From Marinoscillum sp. (GTDB lineage Bacteria > Bacteroidota > Bacteroidia > Cytophagales > MED-G16): 60,978 nt of DNA. The DNA lies in contig JBELBJ010000002.1 in the NCBI GenBank assembly GCA_042095375.1, positions 1 through 60,978 of the forward strand, given 5' to 3'. The notes under the pieces are model-generated. The model saw only the letters and a list, made by a program, of their open reading frames with translations, did no database searches and was not told the DNA's origin. The position numbers and the translations under genes were made by a program. Shown one piece after another: positions 30,712 to 39,868 of this stretch; position 1 is the stretch's first letter, and the number at the start of each line of letters is the position of its first letter.

Positions 30712-31479
30712 ATGTTGAGTAAAATTATTGGAGTTTTGTTAAAAAAATTTCCTAGATCTTTTTTACAAAGAATTAGCAAACCTATTTTTACAATTATCAA
30801 ATTATTTTATTTAGGAGATAAAGTTCTTTGTTCTATTTGTAAGAAAAAATTTATTAAGTTTTTCCCTTATGGAAGAAAAATTAGACAGAATGCTTTATGT
30901 CCTAACTGTTTATCTCTTGAAAGACATAGACTTTTATACCTTTTCCTAAAAAAAAAAACTGATTTTTTTAAAAAAAATATTAAACTATTACATATTGCTC
31001 CTGAACAATGTTTAATTAAAGTTTTTAGCAATTTAAAAAACATAGAGTATGTAACAGGAGATTTATTTTCACCATTAGCAAAAATAAAAATGGATATCCA
31101 TAACATTCCATTTGAAAATAATTCATTTGATGTCATATTATGTAATCATGTCCTTGAACATGTTGAAGACGACAAAAAAGCAATTAAAGAAATAAATAGA
31201 GTAATGAAAAAAGATGGTTTTGCTATTCTCCAAGTTCCTTTTTATTATCCAATTCCAGAAAAAACTATTGAAGATAAATCAATAGTATCTAAAAAAGAAA
31301 GAGAGAAAATTTACGGTCAATCAGATCATTTAAGAAAATATGGTGAAGATTATGATAAAAGAATATTATCTCAAGGACTTAAATTAAAAAAATCAAATTT
31401 TATTGATTCATTCTCCAAGAAAGAAAAAAAATATTATGGATTACAAGAAAAAGAAGTAATATATTATTGCTACAAATAA
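30712..31479 (+). CDS. Class I SAM-dependent methyltransferase with N-terminal zinc ribbon
   Basis: CSIC...CPNCLSLERHR, LLHIAPE, MDIHNIPF, DVILCNHVLEHV and GQSDHLRKYG. Confidence 0.85.
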   Translation: MLSKIIGVLLKKFPRSFLQRISKPIFTIIKLFYLGDKVLCSICKKKFIKFFPYGRKIRQNALCPNCLSLERHRLLYLFLKKKTDFFKKNIKLLHIAPEQCLIKVFSNLKNIEYVTGDLFSPLAKIKMDIHNIPFENNSFDVILCNHVLEHVEDDKKAIKEINRVMKKDGFAILQVPFYYPIPEKTIEDKSIVSKKEREKIYGQSDHLRKYGEDYDKRILSQGLKLKKSNFIDSFSKKEKKYYGLQEKEVIYYCYK

Positions 31480-32435
31480 TTTTTAATCCAAGCCCTCAAA
31501 TAGCCACTTCCGTAAGCAAAAAATTGAATAAATGTAGTTACTACTGATAAAAAGCCAACTACCAGGTTTTTATTTAAAATACTTGATTCTAAAAATATTA
31601 ACATAAAATAAATACCATAGATAAACTGAAGCAATAAAAATAAATTAAAATCAATTTTAAATAATAAAAGTAAATATGTGAGAATAAAAAATATAATAAA
31701 TAAAGAAGGTAATAAATGAAAAATTCTAAATGTTCCTTTATGCTTTTGGTTTAATATAACTCTAGCAGTACCAGAAGAAAAAATTTGATTATAAAATGCA
31801 AATAAATTATTTCTTCTTTTATGATAAACATATGCATTTTTTATAAAACTTGATTTTGCTCTTGAAGATAATAATCTATATGTCAAATCTAGATCTTCAC
31901 CAAATCTCATTGAGGAAAATCCTTCTATCTCCAAAAATTTGTTTTTTTTCACACCCATATTAAATGATCTTGGCAAAAATTTATCAACTGAATATTTAGA
32001 TCCTCTAATGCCACCTGTTGTTAACATGGATGTCATTGAATGATTTATTGACTTTTGTAAAAAGCTAAAATTTTTTTTTGATTTATCTGGACCACCAAAA
32101 AAATGAATATCTTCATTAGATTTTAAAAACTTATTAATCTCATAAAAATAATTTTCAGGAATAGTACAATCGGAATCAAAAAATATTATCCATTCAGCAT
32201 TTGCAAATTTTACACCATAATTTCTTGCAAGACCAGGACCTTTATTTGATATTTCATGATATTGCAAATTAATTTTACTTTTAAAGCTATCAATAATTTT
32301 TTTTGATGAAATAGATGATCCATCTTCAATAACTATAATTTCTAGATCTCTATATTTTTGATCTACTATACTTTGAATTAAATCATTAATTTCATCAGGC
32401 CTGTTAAATACAGGTATAATTACTGAAAATTTCAT
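31470..32435 (-). CDS. Glycosyltransferase family 2
   Basis: SVIIPVFNR, IEDGS, FFDSDC, RFGEDLDL, VYHKRR and a C-terminal TM segment. Confidence 0.9.
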   Translation of the reverse strand: MKFSVIIPVFNRPDEINDLIQSIVDQKYRDLEIIVIEDGSSISSKKIIDSFKSKINLQYHEISNKGPGLARNYGVKFANAEWIIFFDSDCTIPENYFYEINKFLKSNEDIHFFGGPDKSKKNFSFLQKSINHSMTSMLTTGGIRGSKYSVDKFLPRSFNMGVKKNKFLEIEGFSSMRFGEDLDLTYRLLSSRAKSSFIKNAYVYHKRRNNLFAFYNQIFSSGTARVILNQKHKGTFRIFHLLPSLFIIFFILTYLLLLFKIDFNLFLLLQFIYGIYFMLIFLESSILNKNLVVGFLSVVTTFIQFFAYGSGYLRAWIKNYL

Positions 32436-33403
32436 TAATCAAAACCTTTCTTATCACTAACAATCTGATCATCATTTTTAGAACTAACTTTTACAACTAT
32501 TTCTGCTAAAAAGCCTGCTAAAAATAGTTGAACACCAATAATTATTGATACAAGAGCTATAAAAAAAAGCGGCTGATCTGTTACAGGTCTAATTTCATCA
32601 ATTGGAATCCCTTCATATATTTTTGAAACTTTATCATAAATTATTATAAAAGAACCCATTAATCCAAATAGAAAAGAAAAAACCCCCATTGTTCCAAAAA
32701 AATGCATGGGTTTTTTCTTAAACTTATAAACGAAACTAACAGATATCAAATCTAAAAATCCGTTGATAAATCTTTCTATCCCAAATTTTGTCTTACCGTA
32801 TTTTCTTGGATTATGATTCACTATTTTTTCTCCTATTTTATTAAAACCATTCCATTTTGCTATTAAAGGAATATATCTATGCATTTCACCATATATAGAA
32901 ATATTTTTTATAACAGAATTTTTATATGCTTTAATACCGCAATTAAAATCATTTAATTTAATTCCTGAAAAAAGTCTAGTAACAAAATTAAAAAATTTTG
33001 AAGGTAAAGTTTTAGTAATAGGATCAAATCTCATTTTTTTCCAACCAGAAATTAAATCATAGTCTTGATCAATAATCATTTTGTAAAGAGGCATAATCTC
33101 TTTTGGATCATCCTGTAAATCAGCGTCCATAGTAATAACTACTTTGCCAGATGAATGTTTAAATCCAATATCTAATGCTGCTGATTTTCCATTATTTTTA
33201 TTAAATCGAATACCTTTTACAGATGAATTTTTTAAAGCTTCATTTTTAATAAATCTCCATGAGTTATCAGAACTACCATCATCAATGATAATAATTTCAT
33301 ATAAAATGGATGAAGAAATAGTATCATTAATTGAAGTAACTAACTCTGGGATAGACTCTTCTTCATTATATGCAGGAATTATAATTGATAAATCCATATG
33401 CAA
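32435..33403 (-). CDS. Glycosyltransferase family 2 (ArnC/DPM-synthase-like, membrane-anchored)
   Basis: IIPAYNEEES, IDDGSSD, TMDADLQDDP, DFNCGIKAY, GEMHRYIP and two C-terminal TM helices. Confidence 0.9.
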   Translation of the reverse strand: MHMDLSIIIPAYNEEESIPELVTSINDTISSSILYEIIIIDDGSSDNSWRFIKNEALKNSSVKGIRFNKNNGKSAALDIGFKHSSGKVVITMDADLQDDPKEIMPLYKMIIDQDYDLISGWKKMRFDPITKTLPSKFFNFVTRLFSGIKLNDFNCGIKAYKNSVIKNISIYGEMHRYIPLIAKWNGFNKIGEKIVNHNPRKYGKTKFGIERFINGFLDLISVSFVYKFKKKPMHFFGTMGVFSFLFGLMGSFIIIYDKVSKIYEGIPIDEIRPVTDQPLFFIALVSIIIGVQLFLAGFLAEIVVKVSSKNDDQIVSDKKGFD

Positions 33404-33410
33404 ATTTAGT

Positions 33411-34688
33411 TTAATAATTAAATTTTGAATTTTTAGAGTTTATAATACCAAAGATTTTACCTTTCAAGGACCAATTTAACCAAGGGGAATTGAAAGATTT
33501 GGAAATATTATTATCTAAAGAATAATCCCATGATCCATTAATATCAAAAATAGTCAAAGAAGCATTTGATCCAACTTTTATAGATTTATCTTCAAGATTA
33601 AGAATTTTCCTTGGGTTCGAAGTAAATTTTGTAATCAAAGACTCTAAAGAAATTTTTGAAGATAAAATTAATATATTACTAAAAAATGTTTGAAGAGAAA
33701 TCATTCCATTTTCAGCATTATTAAATTCAACTGATTTATTTTCAATGTTTTGAGGTTGATGATAAGAAGAAATCACATCTATGGTGCCATCCTCTAATCC
33801 TTTTATTAAAGCATCAATATCATCTTTTGTTCTTAATGGAGGATCCAATTTATAATTGGTATCAAAATTTATGATATGGCTATCATCTAATATTAAATTA
33901 TAAATAGAAACATCACAAGTAACATTTAATCCATCCTGTTTTGCTTTCCTTATTATATCGACAGAAGATTTAGTAGATATTCCTGAAAAATGTAATTTTC
34001 CTCCAGAGTATCTCAAAATTGATAAATCTCTATTTAACATTATTTCCTCAGCGATATTTGGGATACCTTTTAAACCAGATATGGTACTATTATGTCCTTC
34101 ATTTACAATACCTAACCTTGATAAACTAAAGTCCTTAGGTTTATTTATTAATAGGCCATCAAATTGTTTAATATAAAGTAAAGCTTTATACATCATATCT
34201 GAATTTTGTAATTCTTTTTCGCCATCAGTAAATGCAACTGCTCCAGCTTTATTTAAATCTAAAATTTCATTTAATTCAATTCCATCAGTATTTTTAGTAA
34301 TAGCAGCAGTTGGATGAATAGTTGAAAGGTCATTTTCAGTTTTATTTTTTACATAATAAATATCATTTTTAGATTGTAAAATAGGATTTGTATTAGGCAT
34401 TAATAAAATATCAGTAAAACCTGAAAAAGAAGCTAATTTAGAGCCTGAAGTTAAATCTTCTTTATGTTCAAATCCAGGATCACAAAAATTTGATCTAAAA
34501 TCAAACCAACCAGGAGATACCATCATTCCATCGCAATCGATAACCTTAGTAGTTGAAGTTTTTACATTTATTCTAGATAAACTAATCTTATCTATGACAC
34601 CACTATTATCAATTAAAATATTTACTTTTTTAGAATTATACTCAGAGTTTAAATCAACAACTATAACAGATTTTAAAATTAATGACAT
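33411..34688 (-). CDS. Dihydroorotase-family protein, probably the catalytically inactive PyrC'-type
   Basis: DHOase fold motifs (PGW.D...DPG.EHKED, LMPNT, KLDPPLR) are present, but the metal-binding HxH is replaced by RSN and the catalytic DHAP by YHQP. Confidence 0.8.
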   Translation of the reverse strand: MSLILKSVIVVDLNSEYNSKKVNILIDNSGVIDKISLSRINVKTSTTKVIDCDGMMVSPGWFDFRSNFCDPGFEHKEDLTSGSKLASFSGFTDILLMPNTNPILQSKNDIYYVKNKTENDLSTIHPTAAITKNTDGIELNEILDLNKAGAVAFTDGEKELQNSDMMYKALLYIKQFDGLLINKPKDFSLSRLGIVNEGHNSTISGLKGIPNIAEEIMLNRDLSILRYSGGKLHFSGISTKSSVDIIRKAKQDGLNVTCDVSIYNLILDDSHIINFDTNYKLDPPLRTKDDIDALIKGLEDGTIDVISSYHQPQNIENKSVEFNNAENGMISLQTFFSNILILSSKISLESLITKFTSNPRKILNLEDKSIKVGSNASLTIFDINGSWDYSLDNNISKSFNSPWLNWSLKGKIFGIINSKNSKFNY

Positions 34689-34710
34689 TTACAGATAGAA
34701 AATATTTCCA

Positions 34711-34718
34711 CAAAAATA
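34711..34718 (-). promoter_or_regulatory. -7 element (TATTTTTG) upstream of the dihydroorotase-like gene
   Basis: TAnnTTTG match 23 nt upstream of the ATG. Confidence 0.45.
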
Positions 34719-34766
34719 TAATATATTTTTATATTACATAATTAGTTTCCAAAATCGTATTGAAAT

Positions 34767-35543
34767 TTATTTTTTAAAAGGTGAGGCTGCAAGATGTTCC
34801 AAAATTGCCATTCTAGCAAAAAGAATTGCAACACCTAAGGTAGCAATGCCACCTAACCAAATTCCAGGCACAAAATCTAAGAATAAAAAATAATCATAAA
34901 ATGCATGCATAATTATTGAGACGAAAAGCGATAAAAATACATAAAGCCATTTTTTTCCAAGTTTACAAGTTTTTGCTTTACCCAAATAATACCCCATTAT
35001 GACTGCAAAAGCAAAGTGAGCAGGAACTGCTGTCAACATTCTAAAAAATGCAACTGATGAAGATCCTTGTAAAACATAGGTGATATTTTCAGCAGTAGCA
35101 AAACCCATGCCAACAAATACTGAATAAACAATTCCATCAAATGGTTCATCAAAATTTTTATTAGGAAAAATAATTAAGAATACAACAATAAATTTTAACA
35201 CCTCTTCAGTTATGGAAACAGTTAATGCTTCACCTCCCACTCTTAAAAAGTTATTTTCAACATTTATATATGAAAAAACAAATTCAAGAATATCTATATC
35301 AAAATGTAAATTTATTGCTCCAAGAATAAAACAAGTTGCTAGAAGCCATACCGGCTCTTTATCATATTCATCAGAATGATAAATAAAAAACATTATGAAA
35401 ATTCCAGGTGAAATAGAAAGAGTAACGAGTAACATATCGTACAAATCAAATCTATGAATTAGTACCAATGGATAAAATAAAACAAGATAAAGAAGTGTAG
35501 CCATTACACTTCCATAGAAACTGTTTAAAAATATCTTTTTCAT
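34767..35543 (-). CDS. prsW: PrsW-family intramembrane glutamic protease
   Basis: DEYDKEP, ITEEVLKF, FDEPFDGIVY, GMGFATAEN, VPAH and HAFYD motifs; polytopic. Confidence 0.88.
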   Translation of the reverse strand: MKKIFLNSFYGSVMATLLYLVLFYPLVLIHRFDLYDMLLVTLSISPGIFIMFFIYHSDEYDKEPVWLLATCFILGAINLHFDIDILEFVFSYINVENNFLRVGGEALTVSITEEVLKFIVVFLIIFPNKNFDEPFDGIVYSVFVGMGFATAENITYVLQGSSSVAFFRMLTAVPAHFAFAVIMGYYLGKAKTCKLGKKWLYVFLSLFVSIIMHAFYDYFLFLDFVPGIWLGGIATLGVAILFARMAILEHLAASPFKK

Positions 35544-35547
35544 TTAT

Positions 35548-38500
35548 TTAAAATTTTAAAGAAACCATCCATTCATCATAAGTCAAATTACTATTATCTA
35601 AATCATATGCCTTAGCCCAACCAACGGACAAAGTGGCTGCTAAGTGAGAAAACATTACGAGTCTTGTATCCAATTGAAATCCTATATTATAAAAGTTCTG
35701 ACTAACATCATTACCAGAAACGTTAATATCTTTAGCTGTAAGAAACCCTGCAAATATTGTTGGGTGAGACCATGAAGCAAAAAAGTTAAAAAATCCTACT
35801 TTTCTATATCTTAATGGAGGCAGTAATAATTCAGCAGTAGTTTTGAAGAAAGTTTTTGCTATAATATTTCTACCTGAATCAAAGCTTACTCCAGGAAAAG
35901 AATAAGTCCCTCTGTATCTTTTTGGAGATAAATAGTCTATATAATTATTACCAAAAGCAGCAAAACCAAATCTAGAAAATGGATTTACTTTTTTACTAAA
36001 TGAATTTCCCGAGGAAGTTCTAAACCAAAGAGAGGTATGGTTAACTGGTAGTTGAATCCCAAAATCAAAATTTCCAGTAAAAGTTGGATAAAAATTTCCT
36101 TCTGTAATTGAAGAAGAAGCATTTAATGACATATTCACTCCTTTTTCTCCATCAACTGCGCCTACCGATTTTCTAATATTTCTATAAGTTAATGAAGAAA
36201 AAATGTCATAAAATAAATTTGTGTCATAATCCTTATCAAAATTATCAATTTGCTGGAAATCTGGTGATTGATCTAAACCATAGAAGCCTCTAAAACCAGT
36301 TGTTAAATCAACGTTTTTCGGATTATCAAATACCAAAGATTTTTTATTATTAAAACCAAACAACAATCCTTTTCTTGATCTTTTAGTAGGACCAAATAAA
36401 TCATAAAAATTGTCTTTATTATAATGAGCAAAGAAATTATAACTTCCAGATAGAAAGCCACCAATTTTACTTGTTGAAAAGTTTAAAGAACCATGAAATT
36501 GTTCGTCATCATCAATAGTTGCATTACCATCACTTAATTGATTCTTCCATTGTTTTGGTGTGAAAGAAAAAGACAAATCAAATGATCTAAAGCTAAATGG
36601 ATCTTCAAAATTGAATTTATAACCTATTCCGATATTATCTTTATAACCTACTACTATGGGATAAGCATAATTTAATTTCATTTCCTTTCTGGGAAGATAA
36701 ATACCGTCTTTTTCAATAGTTATTTCATCTAAATTGACTGTCTGAGGAGTAGGCAATTTATTCCTCCATTCTTTAAGTTCAGGATGTTTTTTGATAGTTT
36801 CATCTCCTAAATATTTAATAGTTTCAATTTCTAGAACAGTATTATTAGATATGTAAACAGGTAGAAAACCATCACTAGTATATCTAAAAGCAAAAATTCT
36901 ATCTTTATCTATTTGAATAGGTCGAAAATATCCAGTAATTGCATTTGACATTAAATCAATATCATCCGCTTCATAAGTATTAGCATCTACTCTCCATATA
37001 TTACTTACACCTGAATAATAAGAAGAACCAAAAAGATAATTACCATCATCAGTAAATCTAAAACTTTGAGGTGAAGAAACATCAAAATTAAAAACTTCCT
37101 TATAAACTATATCTTCTTTACCTCCTTTGTCAAAGGATTCTATATCATATATATGAAGGTATTGATTGCCAAAGTAATCAGCAACTGCTGCACTTAAACT
37201 TTTACCATCAGGTGATACATCTATATCAAAAATATCATGACCAAATGGCAATGTGTATTTTTGATTCCAATCTCTATAATAATCATTTGGAGACTCAGAA
37301 TTATATTTTGGTATTTTAACGATTGTATTGTAACCATTTAGATGTCTAATACCCCATAAAGATTCGTCTTTTTTGTTAAATGCAAGATCACCAATATGTT
37401 CATTTTTTTGTAACAATTTTGTTTCACCAGTTTTTAAATTGTAACTATTTAAATCTCTATTTGCATTGTTATCAGTTGAATATATAAGAAGATCATTTTT
37501 TTCATCGTAGGTAAGTGAAGTTACATTAAATAAAGCGGGTCCCTTTACATCTTTAAGTCTATCAATCTCACCTGTTTCTAAATCAATGCTAGCAATATGA
37601 GGAACTTTGCCAGGATAATTAACACCTACATAAATTTTATTTCTTTTTTTATCATGAAATGCATGAGAAACACCACCTAATACTTTTTCAGTAATAGGTT
37701 CATATTGAGTAATAGGAAACTTTTTAAGTCCATTAATATTTTCATCCTGAAAAGAACGTTCAAAATCAATCCAAGTATCCCAAGCTTTACTAATTGATAA
37801 ACCAAATACGTTTTTAAAATTGGAAGCAAATCCACGTTTGCTTTGATCTTTTCTTTTTATCCATTCAATTAAATTAGTAGGTCCATATTGGTGAGCTACA
37901 TAACTCATAAATCTTGTTCCATAGTAATATGAATTAGCTTTAGACATAAAATCTGCAGAAGTACCTTCTGATTCCAATCCTTGTGCTGAATAAATCCTAG
38001 AATTTTCAAGTGTTCTAGTTCTAAAAAACATTTCATCATAACTACCTAAAGCATTTCCCTTTCCACCATCCATCCAAGTTTCAATAAATACAGCAATACC
38101 TTCATGGAACCATCTAGGAGAATAATATCTTGGATTAGTGAGATAGCTATAAAACATAGAAACAGGATGATCGTTTGTATTTCTAACTTTTCCAGCAAAA
38201 AGTTTTCTATAAAAAACATCTGTTTTTGAATAATTATCGAGCGCAACTATATGTACAAGTTCATGATTCATGATAGCAAATACTCTTTCCCCAGCAATAC
38301 TTGACTCAAAAGAATAATTCATAGGTGAAATACAAGTTGAAACCATGTTATTAGGAATTGAGGTTGCTCCTCCATTTCCATAATCTCCAAAATCTTGAAT
38401 CATAACATGAATTTTTTCTCTTGGTTCGTAATCAAATAACTTTTTATGAAAATTAAGGGCGCTATGAGCACATCTTGCTGCATGGGGTAAAACGAAGGCT

Positions 38501-38619
38501 TCACCAATTCCCATAGAAACAATATCAAAATTTTCTATTTCTAATTTATCCATTTGAGAAAAAGAGGTATTAAAATAAAAAAAGAAAATAAATGATAATG
38601 GAATAGCTATTTTTTTCAT
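35548..38619 (-). CDS. Large outer-membrane protein: signal peptide, HExxH zinc-metallopeptidase-like (MA-type) domain, TolB/WD40-like propeller, probable Omp85-like C-terminal beta-barrel
   Basis: SFS|Q signal; HELVH (aa 119-123, nt 38265-38251) with PRWFHEGIA and YYYGTRF; propeller repeats (DVSPDGK, FRFTDDG); amphipathic strands ending WMVSLKF (terminal Phe). Confidence 0.7.
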   Translation of the reverse strand: MKKIAIPLSFIFFFYFNTSFSQMDKLEIENFDIVSMGIGEAFVLPHAARCAHSALNFHKKLFDYEPREKIHVMIQDFGDYGNGGATSIPNNMVSTCISPMNYSFESSIAGERVFAIMNHELVHIVALDNYSKTDVFYRKLFAGKVRNTNDHPVSMFYSYLTNPRYYSPRWFHEGIAVFIETWMDGGKGNALGSYDEMFFRTRTLENSRIYSAQGLESEGTSADFMSKANSYYYGTRFMSYVAHQYGPTNLIEWIKRKDQSKRGFASNFKNVFGLSISKAWDTWIDFERSFQDENINGLKKFPITQYEPITEKVLGGVSHAFHDKKRNKIYVGVNYPGKVPHIASIDLETGEIDRLKDVKGPALFNVTSLTYDEKNDLLIYSTDNNANRDLNSYNLKTGETKLLQKNEHIGDLAFNKKDESLWGIRHLNGYNTIVKIPKYNSESPNDYYRDWNQKYTLPFGHDIFDIDVSPDGKSLSAAVADYFGNQYLHIYDIESFDKGGKEDIVYKEVFNFDVSSPQSFRFTDDGNYLFGSSYYSGVSNIWRVDANTYEADDIDLMSNAITGYFRPIQIDKDRIFAFRYTSDGFLPVYISNNTVLEIETIKYLGDETIKKHPELKEWRNKLPTPQTVNLDEITIEKDGIYLPRKEMKLNYAYPIVVGYKDNIGIGYKFNFEDPFSFRSFDLSFSFTPKQWKNQLSDGNATIDDDEQFHGSLNFSTSKIGGFLSGSYNFFAHYNKDNFYDLFGPTKRSRKGLLFGFNNKKSLVFDNPKNVDLTTGFRGFYGLDQSPDFQQIDNFDKDYDTNLFYDIFSSLTYRNIRKSVGAVDGEKGVNMSLNASSSITEGNFYPTFTGNFDFGIQLPVNHTSLWFRTSSGNSFSKKVNPFSRFGFAAFGNNYIDYLSPKRYRGTYSFPGVSFDSGRNIIAKTFFKTTAELLLPPLRYRKVGFFNFFASWSHPTIFAGFLTAKDINVSGNDVSQNFYNIGFQLDTRLVMFSHLAATLSVGWAKAYDLDNSNLTYDEWMVSLKF

Positions 38620-38643
38620 GAGATAATTTTTATTGAATATAAA

Positions 38644-38680
38644 AAAAAAAGGAGAAAAATTAATGTTTTCTCCTTTTTTT
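38644..38680 (-). terminator. Intrinsic terminator between the repeat-protein gene and the peptidase-barrel gene
   Basis: Perfect 15-bp stem A7-GGAG-AAAA / TTTT-CTCC-T7 with a 7-nt loop. On the minus strand the GC core is followed by 10 U. It lies 22 nt past the stop at 38703. Confidence 0.8.
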
Positions 38681-38702
38681 AAATTGTAGATTAATATTAA
38701 TA

Positions 38703-39755
38703 CTAATTTACAGCACCTTTAGCAAATTTTTGAAATTCAGCGCCTTTCATAAACTTCTGAAAATCAGCACCTTTCATGAACTTCTGAAAAGATGAACCTT
38801 TTGCAAATTTAGAATAAGCACCACTTTTCATGAACTTTTGAAAATTAGCGCCTTTCATAAACTTCATAAAGTCTCCATTTTTAGCAAACTTTGCAAAGTC
38901 AGCACCTTTAGCAAACTTCTGAAGATCAGCACCTTTAGCAAACTTCTGAAGATCGGCACCTTTCATGAACTTTTGTAAAGTAGCATCTTTCATAAACTTC
39001 TGAAAATCAGCACCTTTCATGAACTTTTGAAAGTCAGCACCTTTCATGAACTTTTGAAAAGCAGCATCTTTAGCAAATTTTTGAAAATCACCACCGCTTT
39101 TCATAAACTTTTGAAATTCAGCACCTTTCATGAACTTTTGAAAATCAGCACCTTTCATGAACTTTTGAAATTCACCTAATTTCATAAGAAGCTTTCCAGG
39201 AGTACCTCTACTATCTGAAGTTTTATTGTCATTATCACCTAATTCTATTCCACCACTTGATGAAACTGATCTTCCAGCTCCACCATCTTGATTAAAATTA
39301 GATAAACTAGAAGCACCTTGTCTCAAATCATCAGCACCAATACCTCCACCTCCAGAGCCTCCTCCAGATTTACCATCTCTTTGTGTATATGGTTCTTGTT
39401 CATTTGAAGTCATCAAATCATCATTTCCCATAACATCAGCAACGATACTAAACACAGGATCATCAAGAACCTTTAAGAACTCATCGCTCTCAACAAGTTT
39501 AGCAAATTCAGGAGATGCAATCATTCTCATGAAGTCTTCATTTTGTAAAACTTCTTGGATCTCCTCACCTTCCAATTCAACAGCAATAGTATTTTTCTCA
39601 GAATACTTCTGAGCTTTCTTAATACTAGTTATACCAGAACCAGATGCCATTGACGGATCAATAGTACCAGTTTGAATAAGAAGATAACCTACAGCAGCAA
39701 TTGCTACTACAGTACAAACAATCAAAATATTTAATTTATCATGTACTCTTTTCAT
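38703..39755 (-). CDS. Uncharacterised membrane-anchored protein with tandem 9-residue amphipathic repeats
   Basis: N-terminal hydrophobic helix (about aa 9-27), acidic 9-mer block (aa 66-102), G/S/D/N-rich linker, then 17 x FQKFMKGAD-type units (aa 196-349). Confidence 0.85.
   Translation of the reverse strand: MKRVHDKLNILIVCTVVAIAAVGYLLIQTGTIDPSMASGSGITSIKKAQKYSEKNTIAVELEGEEIQEVLQNEDFMRMIASPEFAKLVESDEFLKVLDDPVFSIVADVMGNDDLMTSNEQEPYTQRDGKSGGGSGGGGIGADDLRQGASSLSNFNQDGGAGRSVSSSGGIELGDNDNKTSDSRGTPGKLLMKLGEFQKFMKGADFQKFMKGAEFQKFMKSGGDFQKFAKDAAFQKFMKGADFQKFMKGADFQKFMKDATLQKFMKGADLQKFAKGADLQKFAKGADFAKFAKNGDFMKFMKGANFQKFMKSGAYSKFAKGSSFQKFMKGADFQKFMKGAEFQKFAKGAVN
38706..39170 (-). repeat. In-frame 27-bp tandem repeat (17 units, one of 30 bp) encoding (F/L)-Q-K-F-(M/A)-K-G-A-(D/E)
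   Basis: Units counted directly from the translation. Synonymous positions vary between units (TTT/TTC, CAA/CAG, AAA/AAG, GGT/GGC). Confidence 0.95.
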
Positions 39756-39798
39756 AATATTTAAAATTTATAATTAATTAAATTGTTAAAAATTTAAA

Positions 39799-39856
39799 AA
39801 ATTATTTTATAATGGAGTTGTATGAAATAAGACATAGTTCAATTATAAAATAATTT
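39799..39856 (-). promoter_or_regulatory. 15-bp perfect inverted repeat in the predicted 5' UTR of the repeat-protein gene
   Basis: AAATTATTTTATAAT (39799-39813) pairs with ATTATAAAATAATTT (39842-39856). An inner TATG/CATA pair could extend the hairpin. Confidence 0.55.
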
Positions 39857-39868
39857 AAAAAACGTAGG

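Noticed and set aside
38706-39170. 27-bp periodic DNA as a possible CRISPR array or non-coding VNTR
   Set aside because: There are no unique spacers or cas genes. The units are contiguous, in frame and vary mainly at synonymous positions, so it is a coding repeat.
38706-39170. Superficial likeness of FMKG units to FMRFamide-type neuropeptide precursors
   Set aside because: There are no dibasic cleavage sites and no Arg-Phe-Gly-Lys/Arg pattern. The resemblance is compositional only.
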